Origin: Promethearchaeum syntrophicum
GTDB lineage: Archaea > Asgardarchaeota > Lokiarchaeia > Sigyniarchaeales > Promethearchaeaceae
Assembly (NCBI RefSeq): GCF_008000775.2
Contig: NZ_CP042905.2
Span: forward strand, 2,070,001 to 2,102,000
Direction: 5' to 3'
DNA: 32,000 nucleotides
The position numbers were made by a program, and so were the translations under genes. Below the pieces are notes generated by a model. It was given only the letters and a program-made list of their open reading frames with translations. It did not search any database and had not been told where the DNA came from. How positions within the stretch are numbered: the first letter of the stretch is position 1; each line of letters opens with the position of its first letter. Shown in pieces: positions 18,984 through 27,034 of this stretch.

Positions 18984-19616
18984 TTACTTCATGCCTTCTG
19001 GTGAAAACATATTATTTAACACATTTTCTATCTCTTTAGCGGATTCTCTCATCATTTTAATATAATTTAAAAAATCTCCTTCTGAAATTTCAGTTTTTTG
19101 TTCTATGATTAAATCACAAAATCCTAAAATCGTGTTAACTTCGCCTCTAATTTTAACATTAAAAGATTCTAAAGGCACTAAATATTCCTTATTCATAAAC
19201 ATTGAATGAATTTTAACAAAAAAATCCAAAAATGCAGCATTATCATCAGTTAAAATTCGTTTGGTTCCAATCTTTCGAAATAATTCTTCAATTTGCTGAA
19301 AAATAAATGTAGATATCACTGGTAATTCTGCATCTCTTAAAAATATTAAAGCATAAGATTGTTTTCCTCCTCTTGCACTTGCATCTTCCACTTCTATTTT
19401 GCAAACTTGAGAATAAAATTTCTTATAATCTAAATAAACATATTTATTAGTTGTATTCAACGAATCTCGAAGTAAATCTCTGATGAAATCTTCATCTTTA
19501 ATATCGATTGATGAATAAAGAGATGTAGGACCTAAGATCTGGTCATATTTTCCAATAATTAATAAAAATTGCTCTTTATCTAGCCATTTTTTGAAATTGC
19601 TGTATTTTTCCGACAT
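18984..19616 (-). CDS. Longin/roadblock-like domain protein with DHp-like C-terminal helix pair lacking the acceptor His
   Basis: 'FLLIIGKYDQILGPTSLYSS...SYALIFLRDAELPVISTFIFQQIEELF' then 'NVKIRGEVNTILGFCDLIIEQ...FLNYIKMMRESAKEIENVLNNMF', which matches the neighbouring kinase 'SHELRTPLNSIIGFTDILIEK...YLNNVRTSAEHLLNLINDIL'. Confidence 0.6.
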   Translation of the reverse strand: MSEKYSNFKKWLDKEQFLLIIGKYDQILGPTSLYSSIDIKDEDFIRDLLRDSLNTTNKYVYLDYKKFYSQVCKIEVEDASARGGKQSYALIFLRDAELPVISTFIFQQIEELFRKIGTKRILTDDNAAFLDFFVKIHSMFMNKEYLVPLESFNVKIRGEVNTILGFCDLIIEQKTEISEGDFLNYIKMMRESAKEIENVLNNMFSPEGMK

Positions 19617-19695
19617 TTTAACGCCATGAATTTTTTATTAAATAATTTAAGAAGAATATTTTTAAAAATAAAATTCTCCAAAATAGGAGATCCGT

Positions 19696-20091
19696 TCATA
19701 TCCTTAATAAGTTTTGAATTTTCTCTCTAAAATTTTTAATAAGTAATGGCTTTGATATATAATCATTAAAGCCAGATTCTAATATTCGTTCCTTATCTCC
19801 TTTCATAGCAAATGAAGTTACAGCAATAATAGGAGTTTTATTAAATTTTTTATCTTTTCGAAGTTGTTTACAAATATCTGTTCCACTTATATCGGGAAGT
19901 TGAATATCTAATAAAATTATATCTGGATTACTTGAATATATTAAATTAAGACCATCTCTGCCAGTAGCTGAGGTTAGAATTTCTAAATTTGGGATAGTCG
20001 CTAAAACTGCTACAAATAATTCCAGATTTTTTTCATTATCTTCGATGATATATATTTTCTTCTTCAAATTATTTCCTCCATTTTCATGCAC
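19696..20091 (-). CDS. Stand-alone response regulator receiver (REC4)
   Basis: IYIIEDNEKN...IILLDIQLPDISG...IAVTSFAMKGDKERI...DYISKPLLIKNF. Confidence 0.92.
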   Translation of the reverse strand: MHENGGNNLKKKIYIIEDNEKNLELFVAVLATIPNLEILTSATGRDGLNLIYSSNPDIILLDIQLPDISGTDICKQLRKDKKFNKTPIIAVTSFAMKGDKERILESGFNDYISKPLLIKNFREKIQNLLRI

Positions 20092-20634
20092 AAAAACTCC
20101 TTTGTAATTTTACTTAAAATTGTTATTAATGCAAACCGTAGAAATGAGATTTTTAACTTTCTTTCTATTTGGTTTGATTATTTTTCTTAATTAAGAACCT
20201 GTTCATTTCTTCTATACGATGTTTCATTAGGGCAATATCCGAAAATTTTGTCTTTTCTACCTTAAAATTCATCCCTTTGTTTTGTGTTGAATCGAGCATT
20301 ATAAATTCATATTTTAATGTGTTTAAGTATGTAAATTATATTCCAAAATCCTTATAAAAATTTGGAATTTAATATAATAATATATTTTTGGGTTAATTTC
20401 AATTTATTACCTAAAATTGAAAAAAAAATTTATTTAAATCATAATTTGGAGAAAAATGTTATCCTAATTTGTGTTCTAAAAGCAAATGAGATATATTTAC
20501 TGAAAATCTTAAGTAATATAAGAATTCAATTTATTTTTTTCTATTGAGAAAATGAGAAAAAAAATCATTTTTATATAAAGGTTTAAATTTTTTTCTTACC
20601 CTATATAATTAACACAAAATTAGGAGATGATACA

Positions 20635-21021
20635 ATGGAAAAAAAACAAACAATTCGGAAAATTATTTTTTTAAGTATGCTTTTACTAAATCTTTTTGTA
20701 ATTTCTATAGCGGTTAGTGAAAATTCGGAAACAATTTTAGATTTTCGAGATGATTTAACTAGTAATTTTGACTCAACTACAATTCAAAAAGAAGAAAATG
20801 GTGGCGGTGGACCGCAGAGTGTCCCAGAGGATTATATGATCATAATCCAAAAAGAAGACAATGGTGGTGGTGGACCGCAGAGTATCCTAGATGACTATTT
20901 GATCTTAATCCAAAAAGAAGACAATGGTGGTGGTGGACCGCAGAGTGTCCCAGAGAATAATTTGATCATAATTCAAAAAGAAGATAATGGTGGCGGTGGT
21001 CCACAATTAATTGAAATTTAA
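20635..21021 (+). CDS. Small secreted protein: signal peptide plus 21-aa tandem repeats
   Basis: MEKKQTIRKIIFLSMLLLNLFVISIAVSENSE then IQKE(E/D)NGGGGPQSVPE... x3 plus a partial fourth copy; ribosome-binding-like TAGGAGATGAT just upstream of the ATG. Confidence 0.75.
   Translation: MEKKQTIRKIIFLSMLLLNLFVISIAVSENSETILDFRDDLTSNFDSTTIQKEENGGGGPQSVPEDYMIIIQKEDNGGGGPQSILDDYLILIQKEDNGGGGPQSVPENNLIIIQKEDNGGGGPQLIEI
20782..21018 (+). repeat. 63-bp in-frame tandem repeat, about 3.7 copies
   Basis: Units start at 20782, 20845, 20908 and 20971 with sequence at(t/c)caaaaagaaga(a/c/t)aatggtgg(c/t)ggtgg(a/t)cc... Confidence 0.95.
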
Positions 21022-21064
21022 TCATAAGTTTTTTTTTTTAATATATATATAGGATTTTATACGA

Positions 21065-22195
21065 ATGTCAAAAAATACTTATCTAAAAAACTTGAATCAA
21101 CAAGAACTTCGAATTTTGATGGAAATTCAAGAACATCCCTTAGCCACTTATGATGAATTAGCTCAAATTTCAAAATTTCCAAAGACTCAAGTATATCGGT
21201 TAGTTAAAAAATTAGAAGATCCATCTTTAAAACCCCCATATTTTAAAATTGTTACAGTTCCAGATCTTCAAAATTTGGGATTAAATCATCTGGAAGTTCT
21301 TGTTGAAACTGAGACTATATACCAATTAGATAAATGTAAACTACTTTGTGAAGAGCATCCTTATATATGGTATTATTCCAAATGTTTTGGTAAAATTAAT
21401 GGTATGTATGTTCAATTTCGAATACCCCTTGGTAAAAACGACAAAATTAATGAATTATTCAATTTAATGAAAGCACGCGGTTGGATTAAGAATTTTGAAT
21501 TGATACACTTTCATACTGAATCGATTTTAACTAAACCAGAAGTAAAAAATTGGAATTTTGATACTTTATCATGGAATTTCAATTGGAAAGATTGGCTAAA
21601 ACTTGCTGTTCCACAAAAAATGTACCCCAAAACCTTAAAAAAACACACCTTTGAAGATATTAGGAAATGGCTTCAGAGAAGAGATATTGCAATTCTTGCT
21701 GAATTATTAAGAAATGTAAGAAGAAAAAACAACACAATGATTCAGTTTTTGAAGGTCAGGGGATTTGACTTAACCCCTCAAATATTTAGTCGTAGGTTAA
21801 AAAATATTCGTAAATATCTAGTTAAAGATTATAGGACTGAAATTCACAGTGAGACTTTCGATTTGCTTTTTTCAATTCTGATTTTTGGTTATGGAGATAA
21901 ATTTAAATTGGAAGAAATTCGTAATCGTATTATTTCCAATCCCATTCCCTATTATTCCACTGTTAAAATAGATGATTATAAGATTTTTTGGTATTTACAT
22001 ATTTCTTTGGTAAATTTATCTGATCTTCTAGAATATTTTCAACCATTACTTCATAATCTGCAGTTTTATTATATAGATTCCCCTAAATCTAAAACTTTTT
22101 TACCTGATTATACAACTTTTAATGAAGAAAAAAAGGAATGGGTCCAGAATGATGAATTTCTAATTCAAGATGTGTTAAAAAAATTAGAGTCTTAA
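21065..22195 (+). CDS. Putative transcriptional regulator with N-terminal winged HTH
   Basis: 'NQQELRILMEIQEHPLATYDELAQISKFPKTQVYRLVKKLED'; the remainder is uncharacterised. Confidence 0.6.
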   Translation: MSKNTYLKNLNQQELRILMEIQEHPLATYDELAQISKFPKTQVYRLVKKLEDPSLKPPYFKIVTVPDLQNLGLNHLEVLVETETIYQLDKCKLLCEEHPYIWYYSKCFGKINGMYVQFRIPLGKNDKINELFNLMKARGWIKNFELIHFHTESILTKPEVKNWNFDTLSWNFNWKDWLKLAVPQKMYPKTLKKHTFEDIRKWLQRRDIAILAELLRNVRRKNNTMIQFLKVRGFDLTPQIFSRRLKNIRKYLVKDYRTEIHSETFDLLFSILIFGYGDKFKLEEIRNRIISNPIPYYSTVKIDDYKIFWYLHISLVNLSDLLEYFQPLLHNLQFYYIDSPKSKTFLPDYTTFNEEKKEWVQNDEFLIQDVLKKLES

Positions 22196-22315
22196 GAAAT
22201 CAACAACAGACATTCATATTAAGTAAAAAATATTAAAGATTCTGATAATTGAAATTGAGAAATCCATTTTAATATTAATATAAGTGTTAATGTAAATTTA
22301 AAAAAGAAAGAAGAT

Positions 22316-23470
22316 TTAATCCGAAATTTTCTTTGTTTCGTCCCCTTGTATTCTTTGGGTCGCGCTAGCATCATTCTTGATCGTTTGCTCGGTGATTTCT
22401 TCAGCTTGAGAAAACAAGTTCGCATACTGTTTATTGATTTGTGGATTGATTCTATGATTTGAGCTATCATTACTAAAATTAACTCCAATTTCCTTGGTTG
22501 CTTGCATGCCTTTATCAAAATCGAATTGAATTTTAAGTAGTTCATTGTTTTCTTCAAGTTTAAGCTTATCTCCGTCAAGATTTTGCCTTAATTTAAGTAA
22601 AATTTGATATGTATCTCCCGCTTCAAAGGCTCTCAACCAAGTTTTATAACGATATTCTTTGAATTTTCCTCGAATTTTTTCGAATGGCATTCTTATAACC
22701 GTGGGTTTGTATTGGACAGCGTCATCAACTTCGATTTGCCCCATCACCGGTATTATTGTAATACTTGGAGAGGAGAAAACAATTTTTGTAGCTTGATCGC
22801 TCGCAATTACCATTTTTGTTTTCAATTCATCAGCATTTTCTGCAAAAATATATTTTCCTGTGCTTTGCTTTGCAATTTCATAAAGTAGATATACATTATG
22901 ATCTCCCAATGCTCCAACTGTATCAATTGATGCTCTATATTCAAGTGCTTCACGGGCAAGCATGAAATATTTTTCATAGTTTTTATCATCTTTATTCCCT
23001 AACTCAACAGTAACATCCCCAGGTTCACCATCAGTAATCAAAATAATTTTCTTTGTTAGGTTTCCATTATAATTTTTCATCACTTTAATACCGTGTTTTA
23101 GGGCGTCGAATAATGCCGTTCCACCGCTGGCCCGTATCTTTTTGATATGATCAATAATTTTTTGTCTTGATTTTATAGTTATGGTTTCATTTCTAATAAT
23201 GGTCTTCAATGTGGATTCAAAAATTACCAGGTTAAAACCGGTTTCCAAAGGTAAACTCTTTACTTGCTCAATCAGTGATTCTTTGGCTTTTTTTATCCTT
23301 GAACCCGCCATTGATCCAGAAACATCTAATAACCAAACTCCCCAATATGGCTTTGAATCGGTTGTCCTCTCTGGTAGGATTTTGATGTCTAAACTCATTG
23401 AAAGTGTGTCTGTTGGTGGAACGCAATTAACTGATTGGTTGATTCCTATATATGGTATTTTCTCTGACAT
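22316..23470 (-). CDS. von Willebrand factor A (vWA) domain protein
   Basis: MIDAS 'WLLDVSGSMAGSR', 'SGGTALFDAL', 'KIILITDGEPGD', 'IDTVGALGDHNVYLLYEIAKQSTGKY'. Confidence 0.9.
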   Translation of the reverse strand: MSEKIPYIGINQSVNCVPPTDTLSMSLDIKILPERTTDSKPYWGVWLLDVSGSMAGSRIKKAKESLIEQVKSLPLETGFNLVIFESTLKTIIRNETITIKSRQKIIDHIKKIRASGGTALFDALKHGIKVMKNYNGNLTKKIILITDGEPGDVTVELGNKDDKNYEKYFMLAREALEYRASIDTVGALGDHNVYLLYEIAKQSTGKYIFAENADELKTKMVIASDQATKIVFSSPSITIIPVMGQIEVDDAVQYKPTVIRMPFEKIRGKFKEYRYKTWLRAFEAGDTYQILLKLRQNLDGDKLKLEENNELLKIQFDFDKGMQATKEIGVNFSNDSSNHRINPQINKQYANLFSQAEEITEQTIKNDASATQRIQGDETKKISD

Positions 23471-23832
23471 TTTATTTCCCTTATAAAGTATCTATTTTTT
23501 TTAACGAAAGAACATTATTAATTTTTCAATGATACAATGAAAAACTGTGAGAATAAAAATATGATGAATCAAGGAAAAACCAATTATCTAAGGAAAATTT
23601 CTGAATCAAATAATATCATGACAAGGCTCAAGCCATAAATTCTTAATTCTATTCTTTTAATAAAATTTTTCTCTTATTATCTTTAAACTCCGTTTTATTG
23701 AAATACTTAAACATTTGAGAATAAAACAAGGGATTTAATGGTAAATTTCTTAGTATTCTAAGGTATTGTATTTAATTTTACAGATTTATATGGTTTTTTA
23801 ATTTTTTATTACTTTTTGAAAAAAATTCAGAA

Positions 23833-26754
23833 TTAATAATTTTCAATGCCCATCGTTTGTGAAAATTTTGGGAGAGTAATTGTAAAGGTTGATCCTTCTT
23901 TCCATTTACTTTTAAAGCTGATATTTCCATTATGTAATTCAATCAATCTTTTAGTTAATGATAATCCCAATCCTGTGCCTTCAACTGTTGCCGTATGTTC
24001 ATTTTTTAATCTTTTAAAATCTTGAAAAATAAACTTAAAATCTTTTTCTTCAATCCCAATTCCCGTATCAATTACAGAAAATTCCCAATGATTCCTAGTT
24101 TCAAAAATCTCAAGGGTAATTCCACCGGATATAGTATATTTTATTGCATTACTAAGTAGATTAAAAATAATTTCTTTAAACCTTTTGGGATCACATTTGA
24201 TCATTTTTCCTTCTTCAAGTCCAATAATTTCAAAGGTTAGGTTTTTTTTTTCATACTCGGGTCTAATTGTAGTACCAATTTGATTCAATAATTCTTTTAA
24301 ATTTACATCAACAAATCGCAAAGTTATTTTTCCCGCTTCGATTTTAGATATATCTAAGATATCGTTTATTAATTCAAGTAAGTGTTGAGCTGAAGATCTT
24401 ACATTTTCAATATAATTCTCTTGTTTTTCGTTTAAATCTCCATAGAATTTCTCTTTTAAAATATCAGAAAATCCAATAATACTATTTAGAGGAGTCCTTA
24501 ATTCATGAGACATTGAAGACATGAATTCCGATTTAAATTCTGACGCTTTTATAATATGGTCTTGAAATTTTTTTTGCTGTTCAAATTTTTCGGTGAAATC
24601 ACGTGCGATGGAAAAAACTCCTATAATTTTATCTTCATAATTAATAAAGGGAGAGTAGGTTACTGATATATCAAGTTCTTTACCATCTTTTCTTAAGCGT
24701 TTAGTTTCAAAATGTTTTACTTTCTCACCTTTTTTTATTCTATCGAAAATAAATTTTCTCTCTTCATAACGATCTGGTGGAACTAAATCTAAATTTTTTC
24801 TGTATAAAACTTCTTTAGCTGTATACCCAAATGTTTGTTCAGCACCTTTATTCCAATATATCATAGTTCCATCCAAATCCATATTAATAAAAGCATCATC
24901 TGAATTTTCTACCATTTTTAATAAATTTTCCTTTTCATTTTCTATTTCCCTTCGCAAGAGACCGATTTTTAGAAGTTCTCCGATTTTTTTTATTAAATTT
25001 TCTTCTTCTTTAAGGAAAGGAAGGTTATCTTGGTAAAATATCTCAATTAATAATATTTTATCGTTAACAAATTCTTTCCTGGATATTTTCCATGTGGTGT
25101 CTAAAATGTTGTTTAATTTGTACTCAATTCCATTAAATGTTATTTTAACATTAATCAAATTTGGAAATTTAAAAGTTGGAGGAATTAAATTTAGGACATT
25201 TTGAAGAGTTTCTCTTATCGAAATATCTGGTGTTGATAATAAATGTGATATACCAAATAAACAATTAAGTTGGTTAATTTGATCTTTTTGTTTGTTTTCA
25301 GATGTTCTCAATTTGTTTTCTATAATTTTACGTTCTCTTATTTCTTGTTGTAATTCAAGAGTTTTTAGATCAACTTCTTTTTCCAATTTCACATTGAATT
25401 TTCTCATCATATCTTCAGATTTTTTCTTTTCTGTTTCATCTCTCAAGATTCCAATATATTCAATTTGATCCCCAGATTCAATTCCTACTACCTTTCCAGA
25501 AAACGGGATATAATGTCCGGATTTATGTTTCAATTGACAATCATATGATAATACAACTCCTGGAACGCCAATTATTTTTTTCCCCACCGATAATAAAGCT
25601 TTAGGATTAGCCAGTAGTTTGAAAAATTTTTGTCCTAACAATTCTTCTGGTTTATAACCCAGTAGCGTATAAACCTGAGGATTACAATAGTTAATTTTTC
25701 CTTTTGGGTCAACAGCTCCAATAATATCTGTTAGATTGTTAACTAGATTAGTATATTTCTTGAGAGATTCTTCCATTTTCTTATTAAATTCTTTTGATAA
25801 ATTTTCAGATTTTTTCTTTTCTGTTTCATCTCTCAAGATTCCGATATATTCAATTTCTTTACCCCATTCAATTCCTACTACCTTTCCAGAAAACGGGATA
25901 TAATGCCCGGATTTATGTTTCAATTCGCAATCAAATGATAAAACAACTCCAGGAACACCCTTTATTTTTCTTGTAAGCGAATATATCGCTTTTGGGTCAA
26001 GATAAAGCGCGAAAAAATTTTGACCTTTCAATTCTTCAGGTTTATAGCCTAAAGAGGTATACATTTGAGAATTACCGTAAATAATTTTTCCTTTTTTATC
26101 TATAACTCCAACAATATCTGTGAGATTATCAACCAAATTACTATATTTCTTACTAGATTCTTCTAATTTCTTTTCATATTCCTTTTGTTCAGATATATCT
26201 CTAATTAAGACTGCAAATTTTTCCTCCGAATAATATAATGAGCGAACTTCATAATATTTTCTTTTATTTTCTTCATCCTCAGCATTATAATTGAAAATGA
26301 GAGGTTTCTTAAATTTTAAAATAGCTTCTATGTTAGCAGTAATAGTGTCTGAAATCCTTTTGGGGAATATTTCAGATAATTTTTTTCCCAAGACAGATCT
26401 TTGATAAAACTGAGAATTCTTCTTATTTCCATTAAATTCCAAAGCCGTTCCATCTTTTGAGAATAAAAATAAGGAATCTGGAATGGTTTGGAAAATATTA
26501 TTAAATGTTCGGTCGTATGTTCTAATCTGACGTATAATTTTATATCCTAAAATATGAAATAGGGCTACAATTAATAAGCGCATAAATAAATTATAGGGGG
26601 GAATTTTTAGAATCATTAAATCCCAGAAATTTTCACCTAAATTAAAAAAATAAAAGGCTATCGTGGCATCTAATATCCATACAAGAATTCCAGAGAGAAA
26701 AACTATAAAATATGTGTGTCTTACCTTCTTTTTATCATCAGATTTTGGTGTCAT
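23833..26754 (-). CDS. Sensor histidine kinase with two N-terminal TMs, multiple PAS domains, HisKA and HATPase_c
   Basis: TM 'YFIVFLSGILVWILDATIAFYFF' and 'LFMRLLIVALFHILGYKII'; several PAS; SHELRTPLNSIIGFSDIL; GTGLGLSLTKRLIELHNG. Confidence 0.93.
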   Translation of the reverse strand: MTPKSDDKKKVRHTYFIVFLSGILVWILDATIAFYFFNLGENFWDLMILKIPPYNLFMRLLIVALFHILGYKIIRQIRTYDRTFNNIFQTIPDSLFLFSKDGTALEFNGNKKNSQFYQRSVLGKKLSEIFPKRISDTITANIEAILKFKKPLIFNYNAEDEENKRKYYEVRSLYYSEEKFAVLIRDISEQKEYEKKLEESSKKYSNLVDNLTDIVGVIDKKGKIIYGNSQMYTSLGYKPEELKGQNFFALYLDPKAIYSLTRKIKGVPGVVLSFDCELKHKSGHYIPFSGKVVGIEWGKEIEYIGILRDETEKKKSENLSKEFNKKMEESLKKYTNLVNNLTDIIGAVDPKGKINYCNPQVYTLLGYKPEELLGQKFFKLLANPKALLSVGKKIIGVPGVVLSYDCQLKHKSGHYIPFSGKVVGIESGDQIEYIGILRDETEKKKSEDMMRKFNVKLEKEVDLKTLELQQEIRERKIIENKLRTSENKQKDQINQLNCLFGISHLLSTPDISIRETLQNVLNLIPPTFKFPNLINVKITFNGIEYKLNNILDTTWKISRKEFVNDKILLIEIFYQDNLPFLKEEENLIKKIGELLKIGLLRREIENEKENLLKMVENSDDAFINMDLDGTMIYWNKGAEQTFGYTAKEVLYRKNLDLVPPDRYEERKFIFDRIKKGEKVKHFETKRLRKDGKELDISVTYSPFINYEDKIIGVFSIARDFTEKFEQQKKFQDHIIKASEFKSEFMSSMSHELRTPLNSIIGFSDILKEKFYGDLNEKQENYIENVRSSAQHLLELINDILDISKIEAGKITLRFVDVNLKELLNQIGTTIRPEYEKKNLTFEIIGLEEGKMIKCDPKRFKEIIFNLLSNAIKYTISGGITLEIFETRNHWEFSVIDTGIGIEEKDFKFIFQDFKRLKNEHTATVEGTGLGLSLTKRLIELHNGNISFKSKWKEGSTFTITLPKFSQTMGIENY
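25416..26195 (-). repeat. Tandem duplication of a PAS module, 390-bp (130-aa) period
   Basis: 'KKSENLSKEFN'/'KKSEDMMRKFN'-bounded copies share GYKPEEL.GQ.FF, PGVVLS.DC.LKHKSGHYIPFSGKVVGIE and IEYIGILRDETEKKKSE; DNA anchors 25416/25806 and 25491/25881 are both 390 bp apart. Confidence 0.9.
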
Positions 26755-27034
26755 ATTTGAAAACCTCGTTAGTTTTTATGAAGTCAGATAATTATCATTT
26801 GCGGTCGAGCAAAATATTTTGTTTTACAATATAATACTGATTCCCTATAAATATGTAAATTTATTTACAAAATTTAATTCAACAATAAAACAAAATATAA
26901 TATATAATTAAATTTCCAATAACCTATCTTCATATCTTTTTATTATTTTTTTTTAAGCGACCATGTAATTTTCTAGAAGGATTAATGAAGAAATAACATA
27001 TTTCAATCAAATTTAGTAAATTTAGGTTAGAATT

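Noticed and set aside
20362-20547. Plus-strand 61-aa ORF in the long spacer
   Set aside because: Low-complexity Ile/Asn/Lys/Phe-rich sequence expected by chance in AT-rich DNA.
20782-21018. 63-bp repeat considered as a CRISPR-like array
   Set aside because: Repeats are contiguous, in frame and coding, with no spacers; it is a protein tandem repeat. No CRISPR array, tRNA or rRNA was recognised elsewhere in the window.
22219-22578. Minus-strand 119-aa ORF
   Set aside because: Overlaps the vWA gene in another frame; no start context or motif support.
22604-23486. Plus-strand ORFs 22604..22888 and 23181..23486
   Set aside because: Antisense to the vWA coding sequence.
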